A stretch of DNA of 63,053 nt, filler included, from Platydemus manokwari (taxonomy: Eukaryota), in the NCBI GenBank assembly GCA_037951405.1. It is 6 parts of 6 records of this genome, joined end to end, with 100 filler letters (N's around TTAATTAATTAA, not from the genome) between each part and the next. Parts side by side here need not be neighbours in the genome. Positions count along the whole stretch, not along the records: positions 9,572 to 20,981 come from JBBMOY010689986.1; positions 21,082 to 30,859 come from JBBMOY011205543.1; 4 more parts are not named here. The stretch is one strand, 5' to 3'. A program made the translations under genes and the position numbers. This document shows, in pieces, positions 14,740 through 29,600 of the stretch. Under the pieces are notes generated by a model that saw nothing but the letters and a program-made list of their open reading frames with translations, was not told where the DNA came from and made no database searches. Within the stretch, counting starts at the first letter, position 1. Each line of letters begins with the position of its first letter.

Positions 14740-15019
14740 CGCCACTTTCCATATCTTTACTGTAGATTCTTTTGATTTTTAGAGAATAAGATCAGCATAT
14801 TTATATCGTCATTCGGTGAAAATACTTGAATTTTAATAGTATCATAAAAATAATTTATAATTACAAAAAATATTAGATTCAATTACTTACAAATAATAAT
14901 CGATCTAAATTATTATAAATATTTATTATAAATATAATAAGACGATTATCTGATAAGCAAAAGTTTATTTAAATCATGAAATCAACATAAGAAATTCAAT
15001 CGAAGAATTTCATCATTAA

Positions 15020-15382
15020 TCAAAAAAAATGTGCTTCATTAAATGATTTTCTATCAGCAAATAGTGGGCCCCAAGGATTATTATTATTGTTGTTGTTGTT
15101 CAAGTTGTTGTTGTTGTTATTGTTATTGTAATTGAAATCTCTCTGAATGGATTGTCCGAGTCCATTACTAGATGGCATCATAGAACTCAGACCTCGATTA
15201 CAATTTCGGGGCGAATAATCAAAAAGATTTCTACACAAATATAAATTACATCAATTAAAACAAGAAAATATCAATGGAAAACCAACCGATTTTCTTCATG
15301 AAATCGATTTGTATTGAAATTTGCAATTGCAGTGGTCATTTTAATATTAGCTTCCAAAAAATTTCGATCTAGAATTTCTTCT
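15020..15382 (-). CDS. Putative 3' exons of an unknown gene with an Asn-rich tail
   Basis: Exon ~15382-15287 (EEILDRNFLEANIKMTTAIANFNTNRFHEENR) joins in frame across a 56-nt GT-AG intron (15286-15231) to exon 15230-15020 (NLFDYSPRNCNRGLSSMMPSSNG...poly-N...HFF*). Upstream exons not resolved; no family recognised. Confidence 0.4.
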
Positions 15383-16639
15383 CTTCAAGCACAAACTGGT
15401 CGAATTGAAAGGTCTGGTCGAGTTATTTGGAGTCTTGTTCGTTACAATTGGAACAATAAGGAACATACAATGGTACAGCAATTCTGGAAAAACAGAAGTA
15501 TGATCGATGAATATGTTTATTACATAAAATCTATTCAAAAACTTACAATTTATTGAATGTCAGATAGATTTACATTGGACGTCATTGGATATTTATACTG
15601 TTGATGGAGGAAAAAAACATTCGGAATTTGAAATCATCATTCTCCAATTATAGTGATATCACGCAAATCGCTGAAATTTTTGAGTGATCAAATTCGAATT
15701 TGAAACAGAAAGTCATGGAATTGTGATTTGAATATTTACATTAATAAGTTCAATATTTACATTATCTTGTGAAAACCATGAAAAATCTCTGATAATTTTG
15801 TCGTATTTGATTCAACAAATGGCATCAGGTAATTTTGAAGTTCAAAATTTCATTGTAAAATCACCTTCATCAATTGATTCCAATGGATGGAAAAGATTGC
15901 GACTATCTGAATGTCTGAAGTGATCATGATTAAGATTGGTAATAAATTGATGGTCACCGGCAAGTGAATTATGCATTGGTAAAAAAGATAAAAACCGAAA
16001 CTAAATCACTTCAATATTCGACATCTAAATCAATAATGTGTTTATCTAATGAGCTCTTCTTTACCCATAGATAAGATTTTCACTTTTAAACGATGAGTTT
16101 TTTCCAATCAACGTAAGGAATTCTAGGTTTTTTATTTCGCTTAACTATTTTTGAATTTTAATATTTTCATTGCTATTAGCATGGCACAAATCGATTTGTT
16201 TTGTATTGTACTTGATTTGGATTTTTTATCTGTTGTTATAGGATTTGGTTATTTGATGTTATTCGTATAACTCTCGAGAGTTCCCATTTGATTATTTTAT
16301 GATTGTGTTGTTGGATAATGATCGAATATACATGAATGTCATAGATCACGTATAAAGTGTACACGAGACTCTTGTCTGTGGAATTTATTAACAAAACATT
16401 TTATAGAATTTTAAAACATTAGAATTATTTTTATGTCTCAGATCCGTGTTCATGTGATAAATTATTAAAATCCAATTGGAAGAATTAAATTTCTCGTTTA
16501 ACTATAAATTTTTTAAAATCTAACTATAAAGAAAATAATAATATCGATTGGTAAGATTATCGAACATAATGTGAATGAGATAGAGTTGAAATGATATTTC
16601 ATTAATCGTTATTAATGATCCAGAAAAATATTGGATTGA

Positions 16640-17900
16640 ATGTTAAGTATCTCAATTTTTAGAGACATTGATTCCGAGCACATGTAAAGTACATATTCGT
16701 TATTGAGGAGAACTAATCTCTTTAATTTGATATTCTGGGTAATCGCCTATTGTGCATTGAGTTTCAAATTGTTTACAATTGTCAGTCAAAATATTCAAAA
16801 TCTTCTTACTAAGGAGGAGGTGCCATTCCTCATGTATGTTTTATCAATTCTGTCGGTGCAACAACGCCTTTAGTATTATTTCTGTCTAATGCAATCATTT
16901 AATTTCTGTTTTATTTCATTCGGAGAATTAGTTTTCCAAAACTTTGAACCATTTGGTATTCAAAATATTTCTGAATGATTTTATGTCGTTTTCCATCTTA
17001 TGTTCTTCAATAATCGTTAGATACATGTTAGATATCGAGTCTTCAGTTCATATACCTTGGCTTCTTCATAATTCTTGTGGAAAACAATGTTTTATCGATT
17101 CATGTCATACCTTTTATGTTGTTGTGGAAGCCCGCTTTAATAAATTAGAGTTTATAATCATGATAAAACTTATTGTCTATTCATGTTTAGAACTAAAAGC
17201 TTAAAGATTTGCTACCTGTTTTCAGTACAGCCTATGTTTAGTGATCCGTTCTTCTAGTTGTAATTTCTTGAATAAACAACAATCTCGTGAATAAGATGAA
17301 CTTTCTGACAAAATACCATTCTTGTGACTCACTAGAAGACACAATTTATACACCATAACAACTTCATTATGACCATCAGTGACTTGACTGAGCCCTGCTT
17401 CATCTGCAACCAAACTAGTACATTAATATATTATAAACATTACATGAGGATATAACAACAAAAAATGCTAGGTATTCTAAATATTTAGATGAGCAAAACT
17501 CTCATTGCATTTGGTTTTCCATTACCTATAAAGATTATTCAATCTTTGCATGTCAGTAAGTCTTGAGACCAAAAATGTCTTCAAAAGGTTTATTGTTCAA
17601 AAATGTTTTGCATCTGCTATGAAATCCAATAGCAAGTGGCATAGAAAAAGTGAGCCTGCTGGATAATTGATGCAGACAAGTATCGAATTATTCCTCTTTC
17701 ATACAAAAATTAAAAGGATATGTCATAGATGCTATGACCACTATTTTTAATAGAGTAGTTAATATGCTTTGTATTTGTCCCCACATATCAATAGATTGCA
17801 TTATTGCTTTCAAAGATATTAGACCCCGTGTTGTTGCAATATTATTGGATACTAAAGTTGTTATGCTCAGATAAAATTTTCTAATTAATCTACTCATCTT
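16640..17900 (-). mobile_element. Highly decayed Ty3/Gypsy pol remnant (RNase H-integrase)
   Basis: Minus strand shows AGLSQVTDGHNEVVMVY (RNase H-like, ~17350-17410) and ILTDNCKQFE...EYQIKEISSP (integrase core, ~16700-16800); boundaries approximate. Confidence 0.5.
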
Positions 17901-19116
17901 ACCGCTTGTGCCGAATTGATTGATTGAAAATTTTGATTTCTTTGCTCTTCAATCTTTATGATAATAAGAATTAATCGTTATTTTTCTTTTCTATTCATTT
18001 TATTAGAAATACTTTCATTGTGTAGGTCATATATATAAATGAAGTTGAATTCCTTTCAATACGATCCCTTTTATATTTTTCTAAACCCGCGAATGTCAAT
18101 CTCTACCATTTATATTCTGTCCTATTTTTATTAGAACTCTACAGAGTAACTGACTCTTTGAACCACGCTTCAATCTAAGATAAATGACAATATTTGTAAT
18201 AGTTTTCTCTTTTCACAGATTTTTGCGAGAATTTTTAATATCATGATTAAGTTCATCAAAACTGTCATTTAATTCGACACCTTAAATTGATTTCAAGTAA
18301 GTGAACCTCATTTATGATTCTCTTTCAAACTTGGATATCATGATTACTACAGGAAGACTCTTGATTTGAAAATCGAAAGTTGCAAAGCTTTGGATCTTAA
18401 ATTGTTTCACATTTCCACTGCGATATACGTTATTGATATTGTGCTAATATAAGTTTCCAATGCCTATTTTTGCATTATTTTCAGTCATTTTAGTAATGTT
18501 GGAAACGGCTGATCTCATTAATTATTATTATTGCATAACGATATTTAAATATTATTTCTATTATATATATAGCTAATATAAATTTTTTATCTTATTTGGA
18601 GTCACTCATGTTGAAAATTTATCAAATCTTCTACTAATAACCATTATTTAATAAAATCGTCAAGACTCGATTGTTATGAACATTTCAAAATCATTTTCTA
18701 AAAACCTAAACAATATTTAGAAGTAATAATTTTTTAATTTATATCTATTAATAAACACATTTAATATATAACTATTTCAAAATCAAATCTATAGAAGAGT
18801 AATAATAAAATATTTTATCTGAAAAACACATAAATTGAATTTATTATACACATTTTAAAACTTCATATTAATATGAAAATCAATTACATAATGACTAAAT
18901 AATAAAAAATTGGACCTCTAAATAACACGGATTCTTAAAATAAACACATTAAATATAAATTTTAATTAAAAACAAATTTATAATTATCAAGTCCTTCCGT
19001 TATAAGAAGGTTTCTATATTTTCATTAAGAAATAACTTATTAATTATTGCTTATTAAATTAAAGTAGGTTGTTTTAAAAACCTATTTCATAGATACAATC
19101 ACAGCGAAATCTTGAA

Positions 19117-20023
19117 ATGAAAAGTAAAAAATCAAAATGTCAAGATGAATTTATGGCAGCAGCCACAGGAGATTTGGAGTGGCTCAAGCAAAGTTTACGA
19201 GATAAAGAATCAAAGACTGATTATGATGAAAATGTGAATTCTATATTTTTACATAGTTATTTATTAATAAAATTGTATTAAGGGATTGAGTGCATTACAT
19301 TTGGCATCGATACATGGACGATTTGAATGCTTGAGATATCTCATTGAAGACCTAAAAATCGATGTTAATTGGCCAAGTGCGAATGGGTGGCGTCCAATCC
19401 ATCTATGTATCAATAGTAAGATTGGAAAACGCAGTCTACAAACTCTGCTCTATTTGATACACAAAGGAGCGAATTTGTCGATGTTTGTTTCTTGCTAGCT
19501 AATGTTTATCAATAAAATGTCTTGATAAAATATAGTTGTAATGAGGATTTGATCACACCAATTCATCAAGCGGCTAATGAGGGCCATTATGATTGCTTGA
19601 AACAATTAATCGAATCAGGTGGCAACTTCTCGTCTAAAGATCATCGAGGAAATCGCCCAATTGATCTCGCCAAATTATGGGGTCACAAACACTGTGCCAA
19701 GTATGTCATTGGCTATTAAACACCACGTACACACCTGAATACATACAGACAAATTCATTGACAAATTGACATTCAGATTATTGGCAACTCACAGCTGGCA
19801 TCAAGATAAATCGGAGAAGGTCAAGGAAAAATATGAATTGAAAAAATCGGAAATTCGAGAAATATTAGGAAAACTGGAGAATAATTTTCAAATTTCACCA
19901 GACAAGCGTTACACTGGTTCGCAAGCGTTTTATAAATGGTTGGAAGAAAATACAGGCGATAAAGCAAAAAAGAAAAAACCTGTTGATAAAGACGGTGAAA
20001 AGCAATTGAAAGAATTGGAGTAA
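19117..20023 (+). CDS. ANKRD53: Ankyrin repeat protein, ANKRD53-like; exons 19117-19233, 19283-19482, 19536-19700, 19777-20023
   Basis: All three introns are GT-AG and keep frame. Protein: MKSKKSKCQDEFMAAATGDLEWLKQSL...DENGLSALHLASIHGRFECLRYLIEDLKIDVNWPSANGWRPIHLCI...TPIHQAANEGHYDCLKQLIESGGN...DHRGNRPIDLAKLWGHKHCAKLLATHSWHQDK. The AAAxGxxEWL start and PIDxxKxWxHxxCAxxL...W.xDK end are typical of ANKRD53. The last exon may instead splice at GA|GTAAAT (20020) and continue. Confidence 0.85.
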
Positions 20024-20064
<41 letters not shown>

Positions 20065-20130
20065 CATTATTATTATTATTATTATCATTATTATTATCAT
20101 TATTGTTATTATTACTATTGTTATTAGTAG
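20024..20130. repeat. (ATT)n microsatellite
   Basis: Direct reading; it produces the spurious poly-N and poly-I ORFs 19895-20161 and 19930-20196. Confidence 0.95.
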
Positions 20131-20914
20131 TAGTATAAAACTCACAATAAATCCTCCCCAATAACCCATGAATTTTATGATTAAAAATACAGTCATTCGA
20201 TAGTTGCCTGCATTATATTAATGGGTGGAATAAATTGCTGAGTAAAAATAACCACATCACATTTCAATTTTTGATCATTAAAACCAAAATCTAATCGATT
20301 ATTAAAACAAAAATTATACATAAATATAAAACATAGAATTAAAAAATTATTAAAAATAATAAATCATATTACTTAATTTAATTTACGATTTCATGGCACA
20401 ACATTTATGAAAAGCAAAATCAATTATTTGACGTCTTTAAACTGCATCTAACGACGAAATGTATTTTTCCCCACTAAAAAATGATAGACAAATGGTGAAC
20501 GGGAATTTATGAAGAAAAGGGCTTTTATTGGGAAATAATTCCACTGAAATCAGCGTTAAATTTGATGATTTTGATATTTTGTGATAATATTTGTAAAATA
20601 TGGTTTCAAAACATCATTGATCAATTATCTCTATCAATAGTTATGGCACATTTAAATTGCCTTTGACTTTGAAAAGCCACTTGTAATTGATGAGAAAAAA
20701 TCACCCTCGTTCGATAGTTGATAGATATTAATAATACAATTACAAAAAGTACATCATTATTAATTTTTATGACTTCTAAGTGCATTTTTAATGACATTTT
20801 CTAATAATAATAGCATATTATCTTTTTTCTCTTTTAGAATAATAGTACGAACAAGTAGTAGAGCTGACACACACTTTCTTAATTTCATTACACACGTATT
20901 ATTAATGAAAAATA

Positions 20915-20981
<67 letters not shown>
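20915..20981. repeat. (AAT)n microsatellite at contig end
   Basis: Direct reading. Confidence 0.95.
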
Positions 20982-21081
20982 NNNNNNNNNNNNNNNNNNN
21001 NNNNNNNNNNNNNNNNNNNNNNNNNTTAATTAATTAANNNNNNNNNNNNNNNNNNNNNNNNNNNNNNNNNNNNNNNNNNNN
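20982..21081. other. Artificial contig-joining spacer
   Basis: N44-TTAATTAATTAA-N44. Confidence 0.98.
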
Positions 21082-24005
21082 GAGGGAGAGAGATTTATTT
21101 CATATCAAAACACCATGGCAGATTAGATTTTATGATTCAATTAATACCGATCTGATGTTTCATCAATTATATATTCATCAAAATAATAATTAGACGATTA
21201 ATATAATTGTTTTCAAATCGATTGGTTACACATTGATTAAATTTGGAACTAGCACAATTTCAATAGATCACAACAATGGATTTTATTGATTTATATATAT
21301 ATATATAGTTTTACGTCAATTAATCAATATAAATCAATTGAATCCCAATTATAAAATTATTTTTATAGGTTTGGGTTAAACCATTTCGATAATTAATTAT
21401 TTTCCATCTAAAAATGATCTAAACATCAAGTATTTATCAAAACTAATATATTGATTTCAATAGAATAACTAAAATAGAAAAATCTGTGAAAAATATTTCA
21501 TTGACAACAAAAGAACAATCAATTATTTCCATAAATAATCAAACAATTGTTTCATTACAAAATTTCTAAAATGCACGTATCCAGTGTAGACATTTAATAT
21601 TTTTATTGTCTTTAGTTAAAAGATTATTTATTCTGGCTTTATCATTTGGAATGTTTGATTTGATATTTTAATGACATATTGTTGTTTAAATCAGTGATAA
21701 TGTACAAGGAAAATCACAACCAAGATAAATCGATAAACATTATTGATAAATCTGATTATTTATAGTTATAATTTCAAAGGAAAAATTTTAACATTGATTT
21801 TGTCGAATAAAAACAATTTCTTCATTAATCAAATGGATTTGTTAATATTTTTGTTTCATTGAATCGGAACCAATAATAAAACATTGTCAATCATTTAATA
21901 AATAATGACGAAATCATCAGACTGTTGAAGATAAACATCATTCATTAAAAATCTCTTCTTTTTATAAGACAGAAAAATTTGAAATTACTTGAGTTGGGGA
22001 TAAGCAATCAGTTAATATTAATGGACACTTTCAATGCCATTATTAAATGTAATAAATACGAAAGGATTTTTGAAGGAAATATCGTAATAATATATAAAAT
22101 ACATATGTAGCTAAGAATTAAAATATAATTACAACATAATGTGATATAAAGATTATATTTCTATATTTATATAAATTTAATTCAATTATTTCCACCTAAT
22201 CTATTAATCGTTCGATGTCTCAACATGGATCAACAATATAGGGAATAACCATAAAATATGAATATGCTAACCTAGAATTAATTGTCGAGAAAATCGGCCA
22301 TATTTTAAGGAAAATAAATTGTTTCATTCTAAGCCATATCAATACATTATCCAAATTATATAGGCATTAATAAAACCCCAGAAAACAGCAGTGTTGGACA
22401 TTCAATACGATCAGTGGAATCAAAATTTGCACAATTTTTTTCAACGAATTCGATGTTTGTAAAGCGATTGTTGATATTTATCTTTGATTTATTTTTCAAT
22501 CAATTATTTCATGAAATAATGCAGAAAATTGTTGTTTTGTAAAACATTTCCCATTTCGATAATTATACCAATAGAGCACAATTATGTTGTGTTTCAGAGA
22601 AAGTAAATATTGAAAAATATATAAATATATTGTCAAAATACATTCCAATCAAATAAATGACCAACAATGTACACAAATCTAATAAATTATTCCATTAATA
22701 TTAACTCATTCGATAATCTAACTCAACTCAAGTAGCAGCGTTTTTTTGGGAAAATCCACTTTTCAATTTTGTCCCCATTAATGGGAACTAGCAGAACAAA
22801 CAAAATTCTACTTGTATTCAAATGGCACCGTGATTATCAATATATGCTCTATATTCAACTGTTCAAAATGATATCAATGCTATTATTCAAGCATCATAGA
22901 TATGATTCTGTTCATCATATCAATACATATATTCTATTCATCATAATTTATTACAAATCACAAATACATCGTTCATTTATCAATAATATAAGATTATTTA
23001 TTGAATTATATAAATGGTGATTCATTTTCTATGGAAGGAATTAATGTCAAGGAGAAAGAAACATTTTTCAGTATTGATAATCATTATTTTCATATTTATT
23101 GAAACATTTTCGTCAACAATGTTGATTTATATTTTTGTTTGGCAAAAATTAAAAAAAAACCATTTCTTTTCCAACATTGCTCTCCATAAATTACACCTGG
23201 ATTTAACAATAAGAAATACATTTTCTGTTCTCTCTCTGTCACACATTAATGTTTTGTCCAATCGATCTTATTGAAAACATTTTAATAATCAACCCGCATT
23301 GTTGAACAGCTGAATATTCAATAATTAATTGAAATTTAATGGATCTATAATGGGATATTGAATTTGTTTATAATTTATATGTTTGCTTGAGTGGTATAAT
23401 TGATAATTTAGGAAATGTGTTTTTTTCATAATTTTGATCAATAAATACAGTTTAATGAAGAGATCATAATGGAATATATAACGAGATATCATCATGTCAT
23501 TTCCTTCTTTTTCGAATCGAATCGAGATCATAATAAAATAACGCAATTCAAGCCATGACAAGCTTCAATGTGGAAAAATTAATAGAAAATCACTTAACCA
23601 AACACTAAAAATATGCAACAGCTTTCATTCATATTAAAGCTTACATGTGACATTTAGTTGACGAATTTATATTCTATTTGTCTCGGCGTTATTCGAACAA
23701 TATGGTTTAATATTAAGTGTTAGTTTAATAAATCAGAAAAAATCCATACAGTCCCAAAAAGTACATGTGGAAAGAATTTGTATATTGATCCTGGCAATGT
23801 TTTAGAAACATGATTTATAAAAATGGCTTATTAGATTCGTTAGTTCTTACTATGAGTCTTGAAAATTTAAAAATGTGGAGAAAATATGAAGAAATCACAC
23901 GAAATTCCGAAATAATCTTTATAAATTATTTTATTTTAGAATTTTATATATGAATTCAACAAATAAATTGATAATTTTATAAATTAAAGGAAATAATAAT
24001 AGCTT

Positions 24006-24693
24006 ATATGTGAACGCTCTATATAAGCAACTTCTATACAAGCAATATTCTATATAAACAACCTCTATATAAGCAACTTTTTTATGTTAAATCGTTCTGT
24101 ATAAGCAACTTCATTTTTGAATATAGATTGTTGACTTAGGTTTATGATTTTCGCCTGAACAAATATATAACTGTGATGAAACTGAAAAGCAATGAGAGAA
24201 AGAGTAACAGGCACACACAAATTAGATTTAATGATGATTGATAAATCAAAGTCCCCTCGATTTTTAAAAACAGGAGCTTGCCACTATATTATAAATCATC
24301 TAAAAATGCCTGGCAAACTCATGCACTATTAAGGGACTGGTACAATGATATGTTTATACCTTCAGTAACTCGACACCTAGAATCTAAAAATCTTTCAGTT
24401 AAAACTTTACTCTTAGTAGGCAACGCAACCTGCCATGGGTCTGAAGATAACTTTAATGGAGACCCGAATTTTAAAGTTATGTTTTTCCCTCAAATAATAC
24501 ACCACTATTGCATCCATTGGATCAAAACATTATTAAATCCCTAAAACAAAGCTATCGAAAACATTTACTTGCATGTATTGCAGCTTTAGGAGTAGAAAAT
24601 GGAATATATACTACTTTTCCCCTATAAGCAACTTTTCTATATAAGAAACTTTTTTTAAAAATTGGTTCACAGGAGTCGCTTATACAGATATAT
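24006..24693 (+). mobile_element. Internally deleted Tigger/pogo (DDE_1, CENP-B-like) DNA transposon
   Basis: ORF 24278-24544 LPLYYKSSKNAWQTHALLRDWYNDMFIPSVTRHL...KTLLLVGNATCH...FKVMFFP, then after a frameshift TPLLHPLDQNIIKSLKQSYRKHLL (DDE_1 motifs). Subterminal CTATATAAGCAAC-like repeats at 24018-24110 and 24622-24650, with an inverted copy (gtcgcttatacag) at the right end. Confidence 0.85.
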
Positions 24694-25139
24694 GTATATG
24701 TATATATGTGTGTGTGTGAAAATTTAAAATTCTGTAGAAAAGATAAATTTTTTCAAATTTTGACGGGAAAAAATTCTTTAAAAAATAACTTGAAAAGGAA
24801 TTAAAATTAAATTAACAAAATGACAATGATTATTACGAAATTACAAATAGATTCCAAGATAAGTTTGTGTCGGTCTGTGGCGAGTCTTCATAAATATATT
24901 AAAGAACTCATTTATCAAAAAAAATATTAATTGTAAGAACGGCAGAAGAAGATTTTATCAACTCAATTCTACAATAATAGAAATATTCCAATGCTTTCTT
25001 AAAGGAAAAATATGTTGATAACAGTTATGGATATTCCAAGATAATATTGTTGAACCCTTAAGCATTTACGCGTATTAATCTGCCAAATATTATGTCAAGC
25101 CTTGTCCAGGAAACATTACATAACGTTATTCAAAGAATC

Positions 25140-25995
25140 AATAATATTATTAATAATGACTATTTATCAATAATAAAACAAATATAAATAAATAAATAAT
25201 ATTATTTAATTACGTGATATTATTAGATATAAAATAAAATGATTAAAGCACATCTTAAATACGACAAAAAATCAATTAAAAATGATAAAAATAATAACAA
25301 AACAAATTATAAAATGAAGATAATAATTATTATAAACAAATCATATAATAAAAAATTATAAAATAATTAATTATTGATAAAATAATAAATCAATAAATAA
25401 TAAAAATATAATTAATTAAATTTTATAATTGAATCAAAAAAAGAAATAAATAATTAATGAAATCGTTATAATTAATAGAAAATATTAATTGAAATTAAAA
25501 TTAATTATTTATTATTTAAAACAATGGAAAATATTAACATATATTAAAATAATTGATAATTTATCACTTAATTAAAATATAAAATTTAATCAATTAATTA
25601 TTCAATGAATTCAGAAATTAAAAATAAATTAATTCATTAATTAATTTAATTAATATCAATAAATTTCGTCTCAAATATTTATATTAAAAAAATTTAAAAT
25701 AAATAATTTAATCAATAAATAAACATTAATTATAAATAATACTAATAATTACAATAAAAATAATAATCAGCAAAAATAAAAATGATATTTGAATTTAATT
25801 AAATAATATTTAATTAATAAAATTAATTAAAAATAATTAATACTACATTTTTAATAATAGTTATTAAATATTAATTAAAACTAATTTAATTAAAAATTAT
25901 TTATAATCAAATATTTAAATTCTTAATAATCACATTTATTATTACAGATGAGAATTATCATCATTAATATATAAACATAATATATTATTAATAAA
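25140..25995. repeat. Extremely AT-rich low-complexity tract (intronic)
   Basis: Nearly all A/T with degenerate AAT/TTAA words; follows the GTGAGT donor of the gene at 26001. Confidence 0.8.
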
Positions 25996-26000
25996 CTCAC

Positions 26001-26678
26001 GGTTTCGACATGCCTTGATAGAAATGAATTGGGATTGTTCTGCAATAATTGAACAGCAATGATACAGTCGTTGCGATATCTTTCCTACATTTAACCATTA
26101 TTGTTATTCGGATATCATCAAAAGAAGCCTTACACAATCATTTTGTAATTCCAAAATAAAATTTTGCGACGATTCATATTTGGATAAAATATCTTTATAG
26201 CTTTCATCTAGATTTGATTTATCAATGTTAAATTTGTCAACCTGGAATTGATTTGGTTAAATATGTAAATCATTTATAAAACACTCAACTAAATTCAAAA
26301 TCCGTTCTTCTAGTTCATGATTAAGACGACTGATTCGCTTATGACTTTCGTGTAATCTAAGTAATGTATAAGTGAATCACTGGAATAAAAACCAATGCCT
26401 TTCATATTTCTCCTTGTGTCGAGCGATTTCATCGTTCAGTTTAGAAACATCTTTCTTGTAACGATCTTTTAAATCCGCTATTTCGATATCTAACTTGTTA
26501 CTAGTATTATGGCTATCCTTAAGTTTTGACTTGTATTTTTCGATTTCATGATAATAATCTAAGCTATATTTTAAATATTATTATTAATTCATTACTTTCT
26601 ATTGAAATGGCCAGTAAATATCTCTAACTTGTTAGAATCACAGCAGCATTTGGTTTTGCCATTTGTATTTGAGCTCAT
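26001..26678 (-). CDS. TJAP1/BEGAIN-family coiled-coil protein (partial); exons 26678-26596, 26563-26399, 26356-26290, 26241-26134, 26084-26001
   Basis: Spliced translation ...EIADLKDRYKKDVSKLNDEIARHKEKYERLHESHKRISRLNHELEERILNLVDKFNIDKSNL...LQNDCERYRNDCIIAVQLLQNNPNSFLSRHVET. The RxNxELExxxxxxxxxF and RYRxDCxxAVQLL motifs are characteristic of TJAP1/BEGAIN. Introns of 32-49 nt keep frame. Missed by the ORF track. Confidence 0.8.
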
Positions 26679-29600
26679 ATCTGTGTCTTTAAAAACTAAA
26701 ATATTTTCACGAAGCATTCAGATACAAATAATGAATTAATTGAAAATTCTATAAATAAATTATTAAAATTAGATTTTTCAAATCTTCACAATAATGTGCG
26801 TCATACTTAAGATTAACATTTAACTTAAACAAAAGGTCATCTTTATATAATTCTAAATTTATTTTGACTTAAAAAATTTTTAAAAACAATGTTTTTTATT
26901 TAGAAGATGTAAAAATCATGCATTAATATTTGATTTATTTAAATTTAAAGGCAGAAGAAGAATTATTTAGAAAATTACTTTAGAAATATTATTTTTGAAA
27001 TAAAATAATATTAGTTCTAATTAATAGATAAAATAATAATATTAGTTCTAAAATAATATTAATTAAAATAAAGTTATAACTAAGATTGACGATTTTTCAA
27101 TTTATAAGACTTTCTGTTCTAAATAAATGTTGCTGCTTTACATTTTATATTTTAAATTATAAATTTACTCATACATTATGAAAATACGTTATACCGTTCA
27201 GACAAAATTATCTATCTACTAATGTTTTACTTTGATCCAAAACAAGGGATCTTTTTCACTTTCTTCCCAATGGAATGTGAAGTATTGCATTAATTTTAGA
27301 ATTATTTATGAACTAACTTGGATTTTAAAATTTAATTAAACTGTTTGATTGCAAGTATGAATAAAATAACAAATAATCCGAAGTTGAAAAATTATTGTAA
27401 ATAAAAATAGATAAAACTCGACAAATTTTATTGTACCTATTAAAATCAACGATAATTGGGTATGGGATCAATTTTACTAAATATCAATATTGAACAATTC
27501 TTCAAAATTTCGTAATATCTCTAACCAAACAAATCAGAACCAAAACCAATAGACAAACGTAAAACATAATTAAGTTAATACCAAATTAATGAAAAGGAAT
27601 TTTCAGCAGAAGTATATATATTTATATTTATTGATATTTAACATTATCATAGCATTAAATTTACTTTATCATCTATAATAAATTTATTGTTAATCATATT
27701 TACACATCAATCTTTGAATGCAGATTGCGTAGACATTATTGATAATTAAATTATGCAGTAATCTAACATAGTATATAGTGATTTTAAATTTTAATGTGTA
27801 TTCCTAAAGTAATAAAGCCTTAAAAATAAAAACTCAAAATAAAATCTAAACTTTCAAAATATATTGAAAACGAATTTTGAGTTACAAAATAGAGTTAACA
27901 AATTTGAATTTATCAAAAAACTTTACAATAAAATTTCGTAATTACTTAAATGGGTGGCAATTTCAAAACATGATATACTCAATAATCAAGAAATTGAATG
28001 ATGACCGAATGATCAATAAGCGATAAGCAATCTGATTGACTGACCAAAATGGCATATGACTAGGGTCAATTTAGGAGGCAAAAATTTGGTATTCAATTAA
28101 TCGAAATAAAGTATACATCAGGTATTCGAATTGTTTGAGGTTTAATTGATGATTGTTGCAATCATTCAAAGATTGAAGGTTTAAAATCGATTTTGTTAGA
28201 TAGCAATACTAGAACAAATAAAGAATTATCTATTGAAATCTGATACTTTAATTCTGGTAATAATAATTATAAAATCACATATTATCATTTTAAATATATT
28301 ATTTTTTGTGAAAACAAGGTGAGGAGTACCCTATTTTTAACTTTCACAAGCCTAAAAGTAGAACCATAAAACAACTCAAATCCTACTTTTGAGGAAGCCG
28401 AAAATGACGGATATTGTATGTACATAAACATAAAATTAGTCACTGGACGCATACAGGAGTATCGCCAAGATATTAAGTCAATACACAATCAGCAAAAACA
28501 ATTCAGAACACTAATGAAGTCATATGACGTCAAACACAGATCTGGGATCAACGCAGTACACACACATCGAAGAACAATCAACTCAATCCAATTCAATATT
28601 GGCATTGACAATAATTCTGTGATTTTATTTACCGGCTTGATTATTTAATGTTTATTTCTTTCGCATTTTGGACATTTTTAACTACTGAATCAGTTAATTT
28701 TATTAAAATAGTATTTCAAAATAAAGGATTATTGACGAATTGATAATTTTATTTAAATGAATAATCAATACAAGATAAATCATTTTAAGATAAATCAGTA
28801 TAAGAATGATAGAATAATATAATAGATTAGTATAAGGTGTTTATGATTAACTATTTTCATAAAAGAATCGATCATATAAATAAATATTTATTAGCTGGTT
28901 GCATAACATGATAAAAATAATTATATTGTTATTTATTTCAAATTAAAATAAAACAAATATCTGATAAGTGATCTAAGAATCAATGCGAATTTAATAATAT
29001 AGTTAATTAATATTTAACGAACAAAAAAATTAAATAATAAAAAAACCCAATATTTTTTAATGCTTCACAATGCGTCACAAGTCCTCAAATCGACTTAATT
29101 AATGCTACGACCATGTTTTGTAGTGAGAAAAGATATGGACTGGCTTGTCAGAATCTCTTTGTCAGCTCCAAGTTGGCATTACTGAAATGTTTTGGACTTG
29201 ATGATGACACTTTTAAATGGAAAAGGGACAAATAATTGATTATGATGCTTTTTAACGGGTTTGTTGGGAGGTTTCCTCATTTGAGGAAAGGTGCAGGTGG
29301 GTATAAGAGATTAATTAATTATTGTCCAGTTAGGGCGGTATTTGTGTCGATATTCTGTCTAAAGCAAATAATCTTGTTAATAAACAGTTATTCTATGAGA
29401 AAAAGACACTGTAAAGACACTCATTTTGATAATGACAATAACAGTGCATATTCTAATTGTTTTTATTTTTATAAATATCCTAAAATGTAAATATAATATG
29501 TATTTTTATATTAAATTTCTATTTTTATAATGATTATATATAAATATTAAATGTGAATAATATTAATCAGTCGTAATATTTAGCTTTTATTTGCATGATA

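Noticed and set aside
19895-20196. Poly-N and poly-I minus-strand ORFs (also 9524-9733)
   Set aside because: Translations of (AAT)n microsatellites
21082-23600. Several 60-90 aa hydrophobic ORFs and exon-like patches
   Set aside because: Typical of AT-rich noncoding DNA; no consistent spliced model found
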